From a virus: 38,365 nucleotides of DNA. The translations under genes were made by a program, and so were the position numbers. Below, in pieces: positions 25,533-36,100 of the stretch (positions are counted from its first letter, which is position 1; the number at the start of each line of letters is the position of its first letter). Location of the stretch: UHGV virus genome UHGV-0208091; one strand, given 5' to 3'. Under the pieces are notes generated by a model, which searched no databases, was not told the DNA's origin, and was given only the letters and a program-made list of their open reading frames with translations.

Positions 25533-25978
25533 TTGATGTGAATCTGGATTTTTCCGGGTTGCAGGATATTGCCCGCGATCTGCAAACGCTCAGCAAGGCC
25601 GAAAATAATAAAGTTCTCCGGGAGTCGACCCGTGCTGGTGCCGAATTGCTCCGCGAGGAGGTGATTGATCGCGCTCCTGAGAAATCCGGAAAACTGAAGA
25701 AAAACGTTGTTGTCGTCACCCAGAAAAGTCGCCGTCGCGGTGAAATTTCATCTGGGGTGCATATTCGTGGCGTTAACCCGAGAACGGGGAACAGCGACAA
25801 TACAATGAAGGCCAGCAACAAGCGGAATGCGTTTTACTGGCGCTTCGTGGAGTTGGGAACATCTACAGCGCCTGCACATCCGTTTGTTCGCCCAGCTTTT
25901 GATACCCGCATGGAAGAAGCTACGCAGGTGGCGATGCAGCGGATGAATCAGGCTATCGATGAGGTGTTATCAAAATGA
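25529..25978 (+). CDS. HK97 gp10-like tail component
   Basis: 149 aa; family-typical sequence and position. Confidence 0.6.
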   Translation: MIDVNLDFSGLQDIARDLQTLSKAENNKVLRESTRAGAELLREEVIDRAPEKSGKLKKNVVVVTQKSRRRGEISSGVHIRGVNPRTGNSDNTMKASNKRNAFYWRFVELGTSTAPAHPFVRPAFDTRMEEATQVAMQRMNQAIDEVLSK

Positions 25979-26322
25979 CCGAAGATGATCTCTATGACCT
26001 GCTGTCGACGCTGGCAGACGGGCGGGTTTATCCGTATGTGGTGCCGCTAGGCAGCGACGGACTTCCTGCAGTTTCCACTCCCTATGTCATTTTCTCGATA
26101 CCGACTGATGTTGCCGGGGATGTTTTCTGCGGCCAGGCAGAGTCGACACTGCGCATTCAGGTTGATGTATGGGCTGAAACGAATGACGAAGCCAGAGCGT
26201 TACGCCTGGACGCCCTGGCTCGCCTGCAGGTTCTTTCACCTGTCGAGGTGACAAAAATTCCTGGCTACGACACGACAACCCATCTTCATCGGGCAACCCT
26301 CGAAATAACGGTCATTGCCTGA
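25975..26322 (+). CDS. tail completion/terminator-like protein
   Basis: 115 aa; position before major tail protein. Confidence 0.4.
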   Translation: MTEDDLYDLLSTLADGRVYPYVVPLGSDGLPAVSTPYVIFSIPTDVAGDVFCGQAESTLRIQVDVWAETNDEARALRLDALARLQVLSPVEVTKIPGYDTTTHLHRATLEITVIA

Positions 26323-26342
26323 CAAAAACCAATCCAATCCGA

Positions 26343-26360
26343 CCGCCGCTGGCGGTTTTT
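26343..26360 (+). terminator. terminator-like hairpin upstream of major tail gene
   Basis: CCGCC-GCT-GGCGG followed by TTTTTT. Confidence 0.45.
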
Positions 26361-26378
26361 TCATTTATGGAGGCTGCG

Positions 26379-27083
26379 ATGTCAGCACTATTTGAACGTG
26401 CCCAAAAAACGGTAGTAATGATTACCTCTGTGCCGGTCACCTCGGCAGAGCTGGATACCGCAACCTGGTTAAACCTGAGTTGCACTATCAAACAGGCAAG
26501 CTTTACCGCTGGTCAGAAAAACGATATTGACGTGACAACGCTCTGTTCGGATGAAACGGAAAATATCAACGGCCTTCCTGCTCCGTCTGAAATGTCACTT
26601 TCCGGTAACTTCTACCGCAACCCGGCGCAGGATGCACTTCGTGAAGCATATGATAACGACGGGGTTTATGGGTTTAAGGTTATTTTCCCGTCTGGTAATG
26701 GATTCCTGATGCGCGCTGAGGTACGTCAGCACACCTGGGATTCTCAAACCAATGGCGTAGTTGCTGCAACGTTCTCGCTGCGTCTGAAAGGTAAACCCAC
26801 CAATATTAACGCCCCAGGAGTTCTGTCGTTTGCTACTGACCTTCCGGCGTCCCAAATGGTCGCGGCAGGAAGCGCCCTGACCATGGGCGTGGTCGTTCAG
26901 GGCGGTACGGCACCTTATACCTACGCCTGGAAAAAGGGCACCTCGACGGTCAGCGGCCAGACCAGCGCAACGTTTACGAAAGCCAGCGCTGTATCCGGTG
27001 ATGCCGGGGTTTATTCCTGCGTGGTTACTGATGCCGATGGCACTGTGATCACTTCTTCTGATTGCACCGTCACAATCAATTAA
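26379..27083 (+). CDS. major tail protein with C-terminal Ig-like (Big_2) domain
   Basis: GGAGG RBS before second ATG; C-terminus ...YTYAWKKGTSTVSGQTSATFT...YSCVVTDADG Ig-like. Confidence 0.75.
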   Translation: MSALFERAQKTVVMITSVPVTSAELDTATWLNLSCTIKQASFTAGQKNDIDVTTLCSDETENINGLPAPSEMSLSGNFYRNPAQDALREAYDNDGVYGFKVIFPSGNGFLMRAEVRQHTWDSQTNGVVAATFSLRLKGKPTNINAPGVLSFATDLPASQMVAAGSALTMGVVVQGGTAPYTYAWKKGTSTVSGQTSATFTKASAVSGDAGVYSCVVTDADGTVITSSDCTVTIN

Positions 27084-27113
27084 CGGAGCGCCGGGAGACC
27101 GGCGATAAAATTA

Positions 27114-27518
27114 ATGTCAAAACCGAGTCTTAAAGCACTGGCACTGGCACCGATGGCGGGCTTTCGTAAAAAAGAAGTCTCCGTTCCGGAGTGGGATAAC
27201 GCCAAAGTCATCATTCGTGAGCCATCAGCAGAAGCCTGGATTCGCTGGCAGAGCATTGCCAGCCCGGAACCACCCAAACTACCGGAAGGGCAGGAGCCCC
27301 AGGAGGCACCAGAACTGACCCCTTCAGAACGAGCCTTCCGCACGATGCGGGCCGACGTCACGCTTTTCATCGATATTTTGCTGGATACCGACCTGCAGCC
27401 CGTCTTTACTGTCGATGACACCGAACAGGTTGAAGCGATCTATGGCCCTGTGCATTCCCGGCTGTTGAAGCAGGCACTTGATCTCATTCGTGACGCGGAT
27501 GATGCTAAAGCAAAGTAA
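27114..27518 (+). CDS. tail assembly chaperone (lambda G-like)
   Basis: 134 aa, acidic; directly upstream of tape measure region; downstream ORF in -1 frame. Confidence 0.65.
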   Translation: MSKPSLKALALAPMAGFRKKEVSVPEWDNAKVIIREPSAEAWIRWQSIASPEPPKLPEGQEPQEAPELTPSERAFRTMRADVTLFIDILLDTDLQPVFTVDDTEQVEAIYGPVHSRLLKQALDLIRDADDAKAK

Positions 27519-27520
27519 AA

Positions 27521-27826
27521 ATGCCTGGCATGCAGTTCCTGATGGCGCTGGCGCTCCGGATGGGCCGCACGCTGGGCGAACTGCGACAAACCATGACGGT
27601 CGGCGAATTCAGGATGTGGGCTGAATACGATCGTATCAGCCCGATCGGTGATATCCGTGGCGATATTCTCAATGCTCAGCTGGTATCAGCGGTTTACGGG
27701 GCGCAGGGCGGTAAAGTCACCATTGAAGAGGCTCAGCTTCAGTGGAGCACAGAAGAAGATGAGGCAAGCGACAGCGGCGATCCATTTGCCGGGTTAGAAG
27801 CCGCTTTGCTCGCAGCATCAGCTTGA
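27521..27826 (+). CDS. tail assembly chaperone T-like segment, probably expressed as G-T fusion by -1 frameshift
   Basis: -1 frame open from 27509; candidate slip A-AAG at 27512-27515 with TAA stop in A site. Confidence 0.5.
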   Translation: MPGMQFLMALALRMGRTLGELRQTMTVGEFRMWAEYDRISPIGDIRGDILNAQLVSAVYGAQGGKVTIEEAQLQWSTEEDEASDSGDPFAGLEAALLAASA

Positions 27827-27900
27827 ACAAACAATGATAGCTGAAGTTTTACATAACCAATGGTAGGATTTACCCATATCCTTACCAATAGGGGCGCTGT

Positions 27901-28284
27901 GTGAAAAAATTAATAGTTTTGGCATTATCCATTTTATTTCTGGCAGGATGTAAACCCAGCGACGAAAAAGCAATAGATATTGCCAAAAAGGAAGTTGCTG
28001 CTGACATGAAAGATCCAGATAGTGCAAAGTTTCGCTATCTAAGGTTTGTAAAAGCAGGTGAAAAAGATGGACTGGTTGGCGGATTTGTTTGTGGTGAAAT
28101 AAATTCAAAAAATAGTTTCGGAGCCTATGCTGGTTATTCAAAGTTTCAGCTGGCATTAACAATGAAATCGAAAGGTTTTTTCTCTAAAGGCGTAAACTAT
28201 ACCATTGATGATAAGAAGATATACAAGACCCTCATTGGGTCTGATTTGGATTTGTATTATAAGGTATGCGGTCAGGATGAATGA
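27901..28284 (+). CDS. AT-rich lipoprotein moron (127 aa, lipobox LFLAGC)
   Basis: GTG start after AGGGG; about 35 percent GC versus about 55 percent flanks; own terminator downstream. Confidence 0.65.
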   Translation: MKKLIVLALSILFLAGCKPSDEKAIDIAKKEVAADMKDPDSAKFRYLRFVKAGEKDGLVGGFVCGEINSKNSFGAYAGYSKFQLALTMKSKGFFSKGVNYTIDDKKIYKTLIGSDLDLYYKVCGQDE

Positions 28285-28312
28285 TTGATTAAACTAACAA
28301 ATTAGATTAAGA

Positions 28313-28339
28313 GCCTCGCGTAAGCGGGGCTTTTTTTTT
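28313..28339 (+). terminator. rho-independent terminator after lipoprotein moron
   Basis: GCCTCGC-GTAA-GCGGGGC followed by nine T. Confidence 0.7.
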
Positions 28340-28350
28340 GAGGAATAGCA

Positions 28351-31300
28351 ATGGCAACCCTTCGCGAATTAATTATAAAAGTTTCAGCTAATTCTCAGTC
28401 CTTTCAGACCGAGATCGCTCGCGCATCTCGCATGGGGTCCGATTATTATAAGACAATGCAACGGGGTGGGCGGCAGGCGGCTGTTTCCGCACGCGAGACA
28501 AGACAGGCGCTAGCCGAAGTATCTGCACAATTATCAGAAACTAAAAGTGCAGCTATGGGTATGGCTGGTGCGTTTGCCGGAGTTTTTGCGACCGGGCACC
28601 TTATCGCTCTTGCTGATGAATGGAGTTCTGTGAATGCACGTCTAAAACAGGCGTCAACATCAACCGATGATTTCTCCAATTCCCAACGATTACTTATGGA
28701 TATCAGCCAGAAAACAGGGACAGCGTTCAGTGATAACGCAGGTTTATTTTCTCGTTCGGCAGCATCCATGCGTGAGTTTGGCTATTCCTCTGGCGATGTA
28801 CTGAAAGTCACCGAGGCTATCAGCACGGGCCTTAAATTATCCGGGGCCAGCACGTCAGAGGCCAGTGCAGTTATCACACAGTTCAGCCAGGCGCTGGCGC
28901 AGGGGGTATTGCGCGGGGAGGAGTTCAACTCTGTTAACGAAAACGGTGATCGGATCATCCGTGCCTTAGCGGCAGGTATGGGCGTTGCCCGCAAAGACCT
29001 CAAGGCGATGGCTGATAACGGACTGTTGACAATAGATAAAGTGGTTCCGGCTATTACCGCTCAGTTACGGGTGATGCAGGCTGAATTTGATGCAATGCCA
29101 AAAACAGTATCAGCCTCGACTCAAAAGGTTGAAAACGCCTTTATGGCCTGGGTGGGCGGTACAAATGATGCATACGGTGCCTCCGCTGTGCTTGCTGGTG
29201 GTCTTGATTCACTGGCTGAGAACATTGATACCGTAGCAATGGCTGCAGGAGCGTTAACGGCTGTGGGCGTGACCCGGTTTCTGGGAAACTGGACGCTTCA
29301 ACTGAAATCACACACCGAAGAGCTAATTAGGGCCAGAGGGGCGGAAATTTCCAGCACTGCGGCTAAAATCGAAGGAGCAAACGCCTCACTTGTTCAGATT
29401 GAAACGGAAAAATCGTTACTTCTGTCTAATCAGCGCTCACTAGTGGCTCAACTTGAACTGGCGCAGACGGAAAAACAACGCGCATCCATCAGGACACTGC
29501 TTGCAAGAAACTCAATGGAGATGGTCAAAGCGAATAAAGCGGAAACCGCCACGGTCAATGAGCTGTCAATAGCAAATCAGCGGCTTAATGCGCTCACCTC
29601 TGTAACGAGAACCGCATGGGCTGGCGTATCATCCCTCTTTGGTGGCATTCCAGGGATTTTGATGCTGGGTGCAGGTGCCTGGTATACATGGTATCAGAAC
29701 CAGGAACAGGCGCGTCAGTCTGCGATACAGTATGCCTCCACCCTTGATGAGGTGGTGGAAAAGGCGAAAGCCATGAGCGAAATTCAAATCAGAGGCTCTA
29801 TTGCTGATTCTGGTGACTCCATTGACGCGCTCAAAGATAAGCTGGAAGACTTGAGGGATGCTCAAGCCGAGGCCGCTGCTGAAGTTCAGAAATATACGTC
29901 TCTCGCTCGACAGATGGGCGTTCAGAATGATCAAAATAATGGTTACGTACAGAACGCTGCTAAATATCAGAGGGAATATAATAAAATATCCCGAGATATT
30001 GCTGATACTACATCTCAATTAAACAATGCTGTAGATGCGCAAAATAAGTTACAAACTGAGTTAGCCTCAAAAGTTCAGGCATCGGCAGTCGCTTTTGACA
30101 AAATAAAAAGTTCGATAATTGGTGCGCTGAATGTTAATGAAGCAATGGCAACATCGCTGTCAGTTACCATTCAATTCATGGACGAATTAAAAAAGCGTTC
30201 TGGGAACGGCCAGCCCCCAGCACCCCAAACCAATACAGCTTACGATAATTTTATAAAGCAACAGAAGGAGAGCATAGCCCTCTCTCAGAAAGAAGGTGTA
30301 GAGCGGGCCAAGCTTAAAGCTCTTCAAGATGCCATCAAACAGGGAGCGGTTAGAACTGATAATAAAGGTAATATTTTACCTGGGCAGGATGAGCAGATCG
30401 CAGCTATTCAAGGTAATGCTGCTACAGACTTTAAACTTAACGAATCGCAAAAAAAACCTCGCGGAAAGTCAGAGGTAGAAAAAAATGAAGATGCATATAC
30501 CCGTATTGTTAAACAACAAGAAGAACAGATTGCACTCGCCGGACAAAGCAATGAACTGGCAAAAATAAAATATCAGATAGTTCAGGGGGAGTTAGCCTCA
30601 CTCGATCGAGCTAAAAAAGAAACTATTCTGCATAATGCTGCGCTTATCGATCAGAAAAACATTGCTGAACAGTTAAAAACGTTCCGTGATGGGCTGGCTG
30701 ATAGTAATGCTGCTGCGCGTGACAGGGGGAATATTGATTTTCTTGGTGCCGGGATGGGGGGAAAGGCCCGCGACCGCATGAAGGAAATGGCAGATATTCG
30801 CACTGATTTTCTCAAACAGCAGCGGGACCTGCAGCGGGATTTCAGTCGAGGGGAAATTTCTGAGGACCTGTACAAACAGCAAACGGAAGCACTGCAGGCT
30901 GCACTTGCTGAACGGCTGGCGATTCAGGAGGACTACTACAAAAAGACCGATGAACAGCAGTCAGACTGGCGCGCTGGGATCAGCGATTCCCTGATGAACT
31001 ATGCCGATCAGGCTTCTGAACTGAGTTCAATGGCTGCCACTGCAACCAGCGAGATTCTGGATGCCACCACAAACTCTATCTCCAACAACCTGACAAACGT
31101 CCTGACAGGCGCTGCTTCTTTTAAAGATGGGATGTCAAATATTTTCTCTTCCCTGGGCGAAACGGTGATTAAGACGCTGATCCAGATGGCAACACAGGCG
31201 TTGATCACTAAAGCGATTATGGCGTCATTTGGCGGCGGAGCGGGTGGGTTGTTCGGTAGTCTTTTTGGCGGTGCCAGCGGTGCGGCAAGTAGTGGTACCG

Positions 31301-31761
31301 CTATTCAAAGCGCGGGAGCTAATTTTTCATTTAACGCTCTCGGAGGCGTTTACGATTCTCCGTCACTTTCTGCCTACAGCAATGGTGTTTACAGCACTCC
31401 CCAATATTTTGCGTTTGCGAAAGGTGCGGGTGTATTCGGCGAGGCCGGGCCGGAAGCCATCATGCCGCTTACCCGTGGTGCTGATGGTTCGCTGGGGGTC
31501 AAAGCTGTTGGGCGGGAATCGCCGGCGGTACAGAACGCTGCGAGGCAGCAGCAGGAAAGACAACTTCTTTCAACTGGTGACATCAACGTCAATTACCACC
31601 TCACTGGTAAACCGGATGATGTGATGATGCAGACATTGGATGCCCACGGCCGCCGCCTGGCTAAACAGATAAAATCTGAACTGACGAGCGACGTAAACAA
31701 TCCTCAAAATGCCTTCGGTAGAGCTCTTTACTCCAACCTTCAGCCCAAAAAACCACGATAA
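28351..31761 (+). CDS. tail tape measure protein
   Basis: 1136 aa, coiled-coil rich with Gly-rich C-terminal region. Confidence 0.9.
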   Translation: MATLRELIIKVSANSQSFQTEIARASRMGSDYYKTMQRGGRQAAVSARETRQALAEVSAQLSETKSAAMGMAGAFAGVFATGHLIALADEWSSVNARLKQASTSTDDFSNSQRLLMDISQKTGTAFSDNAGLFSRSAASMREFGYSSGDVLKVTEAISTGLKLSGASTSEASAVITQFSQALAQGVLRGEEFNSVNENGDRIIRALAAGMGVARKDLKAMADNGLLTIDKVVPAITAQLRVMQAEFDAMPKTVSASTQKVENAFMAWVGGTNDAYGASAVLAGGLDSLAENIDTVAMAAGALTAVGVTRFLGNWTLQLKSHTEELIRARGAEISSTAAKIEGANASLVQIETEKSLLLSNQRSLVAQLELAQTEKQRASIRTLLARNSMEMVKANKAETATVNELSIANQRLNALTSVTRTAWAGVSSLFGGIPGILMLGAGAWYTWYQNQEQARQSAIQYASTLDEVVEKAKAMSEIQIRGSIADSGDSIDALKDKLEDLRDAQAEAAAEVQKYTSLARQMGVQNDQNNGYVQNAAKYQREYNKISRDIADTTSQLNNAVDAQNKLQTELASKVQASAVAFDKIKSSIIGALNVNEAMATSLSVTIQFMDELKKRSGNGQPPAPQTNTAYDNFIKQQKESIALSQKEGVERAKLKALQDAIKQGAVRTDNKGNILPGQDEQIAAIQGNAATDFKLNESQKKPRGKSEVEKNEDAYTRIVKQQEEQIALAGQSNELAKIKYQIVQGELASLDRAKKETILHNAALIDQKNIAEQLKTFRDGLADSNAAARDRGNIDFLGAGMGGKARDRMKEMADIRTDFLKQQRDLQRDFSRGEISEDLYKQQTEALQAALAERLAIQEDYYKKTDEQQSDWRAGISDSLMNYADQASELSSMAATATSEILDATTNSISNNLTNVLTGAASFKDGMSNIFSSLGETVIKTLIQMATQALITKAIMASFGGGAGGLFGSLFGGASGAASSGTAIQSAGANFSFNALGGVYDSPSLSAYSNGVYSTPQYFAFAKGAGVFGEAGPEAIMPLTRGADGSLGVKAVGRESPAVQNAARQQQERQLLSTGDINVNYHLTGKPDDVMMQTLDAHGRRLAKQIKSELTSDVNNPQNAFGRALYSNLQPKKPR

Positions 31762-31781
31762 CCTGCCCGGAGGGAATATTC

Positions 31782-32255
31782 ATGGCAGATATTTTCTACC
31801 CGGACGAATACCTGCCCATGCCGCTTATGGACGGGTACGGGTTTAAGCCCATATCACCTTTACTGCGAACGGAGATGACGTCCGGTCGCGCTCAACAACG
31901 AAGGCGATATACCTCAACACCCACCCAGGCATCAGTTAAATGGATTTTTAAAACTGATGCTCTGGCGCAGGTGTTTGAGGCGTTTTTCAGGGATGCGCTT
32001 AAAGATGGCCAGTCCTGGTTCTATCTGAAACTCCAGACTCCAGTCGGGGTAAAGCCTTATAAAGCCAGGTTCGTGGATATTTACGAAGGGCCGACGCTGG
32101 TCGCGCCAAAATACTGGCAGTACAGCGCAACGCTGGAATTATGGGAGCGCCCGTTACCGCCTTCAGGCTGGGGAAATTACCCGGAATGGCTGGCGGGCCA
32201 GTCGTTACTGGATATTGCGCTAAACAGAGAGTGGCCTGAGCATGACAATTCTTGA
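31782..32255 (+). CDS. minor tail protein
   Basis: 157 aa; position after TMP. Confidence 0.55.
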   Translation: MADIFYPDEYLPMPLMDGYGFKPISPLLRTEMTSGRAQQRRRYTSTPTQASVKWIFKTDALAQVFEAFFRDALKDGQSWFYLKLQTPVGVKPYKARFVDIYEGPTLVAPKYWQYSATLELWERPLPPSGWGNYPEWLAGQSLLDIALNREWPEHDNS

Positions 32256-32727
32256 GCAACTTTATGCAAGCAGCGGCTCTGAAGTCATTCACGACACGCT
32301 GCAGATCACGGCAGGTGATCAGAACTACTGGCTTACCCGCGGGTGGGACAATATTACTGCCTCGTTAGAAGACGGGCAGCAGGTAACGTTTGAAGGGTGT
32401 GCTATCGATATAGCATTGCCTGCCAGGAATGCCGACGGAACGCAAGATCTGAAATTTTCCATCAGTAACATCGATGGTGTCGTATCCGATACGATTGACA
32501 GAATTCTGGACGAAATGAAATCGGCAACACTGACTTTTCGGCGGTATATCTCCTCTGATTTATCTGCACCTGCGGCATCGCCTTACACCCTTGATGTGAA
32601 ATCCGGATCGTGGACGGCAACTGCGGTGCAGGTAACTGCCGGATATATGAACATCCTTAAAACGGCCTGGCCGCGTAATCGTTATAACCTGGCTGAACAT
32701 CCCGGTCTTCGTTATATGTCTTCCTGA
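32242..32727 (+). CDS. minor tail protein
   Basis: 161 aa; position. Confidence 0.55.
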   Translation: MTILEQLYASSGSEVIHDTLQITAGDQNYWLTRGWDNITASLEDGQQVTFEGCAIDIALPARNADGTQDLKFSISNIDGVVSDTIDRILDEMKSATLTFRRYISSDLSAPAASPYTLDVKSGSWTATAVQVTAGYMNILKTAWPRNRYNLAEHPGLRYMSS

Positions 32728-32736
32728 GGTATTCAC

Positions 32737-33117
32737 ATGTTCCATTCTGATAAATACCTTTCGGTCAAATGGCTGAAGGGCGGGCGCGTTTATCCTGAGC
32801 TCGACTGTTTCGGCATTATCAATGAAATCCGCGGCGATCTCCTTCTCCCGTTATGGCCGGATTTTTCCGGCGTGACGAAAGATGAGGGAGGGCTCGATCG
32901 TGAGGCCAGGAAGTTTATGAAATCCCTCACACGCTGTGAGCCTTGTATCGGGGCCGGGGTTGCTTGTTATTCAGGATCAACCGTGACGCATGTTGGTATC
33001 GTTGTTTTGCTGGATGGCCAGTTGCAGGTTGCCGAATGTAATCCGGGAACCAATGTCACCTTTCTACCTCTTCCGCGATTTGTCCGTCGGTTTAACCGTG
33101 TGGAGTTCTGGCAATGA
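32737..33117 (+). CDS. tail assembly protein, possible NlpC/P60-like (lambda K-like) domain
   Basis: 126 aa with conserved Cys and His (CFGII...HVGIVV). Confidence 0.4.
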   Translation: MFHSDKYLSVKWLKGGRVYPELDCFGIINEIRGDLLLPLWPDFSGVTKDEGGLDREARKFMKSLTRCEPCIGAGVACYSGSTVTHVGIVVLLDGQLQVAECNPGTNVTFLPLPRFVRRFNRVEFWQ

Positions 33118-36100
33118 CGATAAGAATCTACCCTTCCCGGCTCCCCGGAGAACCGCTTGAAACTCATGAGCACGGCAATATTACGCTGCATCAATGGATG
33201 GTCAGAAATGTTCCTGGGTACAGCCAGGACAGATCGCACCCAGTTGCCGTTGAATTAAATGGCCGCACACTTCCTCCCGATGAGTGGCCGCTTTGCCAGT
33301 TGAGCCCTGACAGTGATGTCAGAATTTATCCTGTTCCCTACGGAACGGGGCTGGAAATTGCTGTCTGGGTTTCTGTTGCGATATCAGCTGCCAGCGCAGC
33401 CTACTCGTTGTTCTTCGGGCCGAAAGTCGATCTCGGTGGTTATTCATCGGGGAGTGGTCGCTCACTTGAGCTTAATCCAGCAAAAGCTAACACGGCAAAA
33501 CTGGGTGACCCGATACGTGAGGTGTTTGGTCGATGCCGCATCTATCCTGATTATCTGGTGCAGCCGGTTACCCGTTTTGACCCCGATGATCCAACGCGAA
33601 TGACGGTCGAAATGTTTCTTTGTGTCGGGCAGGGGAGATTTTCGTTTACGGGAGGAGATAAACGGATTGGAGAAACCCCGGCAGCCTCGCTGGGTGATGG
33701 TTTCAGCGATAAGGTGTACCAGCCAGGAGAAGACGTATCTTCTGATCCGCGAAGTGAAAACTGGTTCAACTCGACAGAAGTCGGCGGAACATCAAGCGGA
33801 ACAGGGCTGGATATGGCCCAGACCTCACCTGATTCCGACGATATTATCGCTGACAGCATGACGGTTTCTGGTGCATCCGTAACCTTTACAGGCCTTGATA
33901 CGGATGATGGTGACGATGACGACGAGGACGATAATTCTCTCCCGGACAGCTGGATAACGGGGGCCATAGTTGAAATTAAGGCGCCGACAAATTATCTGAT
34001 CTCCACCTCTTCTGGTTACAGTGTTTTTGCCAGCTCATTGCTTACCGAACTTGCTCCCGTAGCGGGTATGCCGGTGACGCTGAGTTTCAACAGTGTTGAT
34101 TATGACCTCGTCATTGCGTCCTATACCCCGGGTCAGGATGCTGTGCCTGGCGAGGGTGGCAGTGCAGCAAAAATTCAGGCCAGTGCGGCTCCCGTCACCT
34201 ACGATTTTTCGAACAGCTCCAGTACGTTCATGATCACATGGCAGGGCACCACCTATACGGTGTCGCTGGTAGCGAACTACATCTCGATGTCGGGACTGCT
34301 GGCGGCTATCACCGAGGGGCTCACTGGCTCCGGCCTGGTCGCACGGGACAACGGCGGTACCGTACTGATAACCGAGGCGGCCAGTCCGTTCGTTGGTGGG
34401 GCAATCACATCCTCCTCGCTGCCTGCAGCCGTTTTCGGTGATGCCCCGGTTTACACCTCCGGCACGGCATCAACCGGCGGCAGCCCGGCGGTAACGGCAA
34501 ACGTGACGCTTGCGTATAACAGCACTACGGGAACCGCATTCTCGGGCATGCCTGAAGGTGTGCAACGGCTTTCACTGGCTCACCGCGGGAATGAGTACCA
34601 GATCGTCTCTGCCGACGGCACAACGGCAACAGTGGTGCGCCTGGTTAATGGGTCCGTTGATGAGTCGTGGCCGGGATTCACCGCCAGGACGATGATCGAC
34701 TATGAGGCCACTGGTCTTAACGACACGCTGAGCTGGCTGGGGCCGTTCCTGGTTTGCCCTGAAAATGAGACCGTGGATATGTTCGAGGTGAATTTCTCTT
34801 TCCCGAACGGTATCTGCGGCTTTGACAGTAAGGGGAAAAAACGCATTCGCCATGTTGAGTGGGAGATTCAGTATCGCGTCTACGGTTCCGGATCGGGATG
34901 GGTGAGTCACCAGGGCGAGTACGCGCTGAAAAACATCAACGGGTTAGGTTTCACTGAGCGGATCACCCTCAGTTCTCCGGGGCTGGTGGAAGTTCGCTGT
35001 CGTCGACGCAATGAGCAGGGCAGTAATAACTCGCGCGACAATATGTACTGGCAGGCTTTGAGAGGGAGGCTTCTGGCAAGACCGGTATCCTACTCAGGTG
35101 TAACAACCTGGGCAATTACCGTTGAAACCGGAGGGAAGCTGGCGGCACAGTCTGACAGGCGCGTCAGCGTGGTCGCTACCCGTGAATATGAGGGGGGAGG
35201 TAACAGAACTATAAGCGGCGCATTCCGTCATGTGGCAAATAGTCTTGGATTTAATGCTAATCAGCTCGACACCTCTGCAATAAATGCTCTTGAAACTGCC
35301 TGGTGGACGCCGAGGGGAGAATATTTTGACTATGAGGCAAGCAGCGACAGTGCTTCAGCGAAAGATATTTTCGACAAAATCACCGAAGCAGGCATGAGCT
35401 ATTTTTTGCTATCAGATGGGCTCTTATCTGCCGGGCGCGAAGGTATCAAAACCTGGACCGGGATCATCACTCCCCAGGATACGGTAGAGGAAATGCAGAC
35501 ATCATTCAGGGCCCCTTCTGATGATGATTATGATGGTGTTGACGTCACATATATTAATCCGGTTACCTGGGCGGAGGAAATCGTTCAGTGTCGGACAGCT
35601 GATAATCCTGTGCCACGCAAAGTGGAGTCGTACTCGCTGGGCATTGTAATGACTGCAGATCGTGCTTACCGGATAGGTATGCGCAGGCTCATGAAATATC
35701 TGCACCAGCGCAGGACCTATGAATGCACAACTGAGCTTCTTGGCTGGTGCTATCAGTTTGGCGATCACATCATTCTTTCTGATGATATTCCGACGGGTAA
35801 AACAATCAGCTGTCTGATAGAAGGCGTGACATTCGATGATGAAGTTATCACGTTAACAGTCACTGAGCTTCTTGACTGGAGCTATGCTAATCCGCGCTGC
35901 TGGATTCAGTTTCAGGGGGGGCGGCCGTCGACTCGTTTGCTAACGCCGACACGTGTCGATGACTTCACCCTTACTATACCGTACAACGACGACCTGCACC
36001 CGGAAGACTGGATTATGGATGATCCGGATGTTGAATTACCTCGCCTGTTGTTTTGTGACAGTGAGAAGGGGGCGCGGCACGGTATCGTTCAGGAAATTGT

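Noticed and set aside
28446-29003. Minus-strand ORFs inside tape measure gene
   Set aside because: Antisense shadow ORFs in a long confidently assigned gene.
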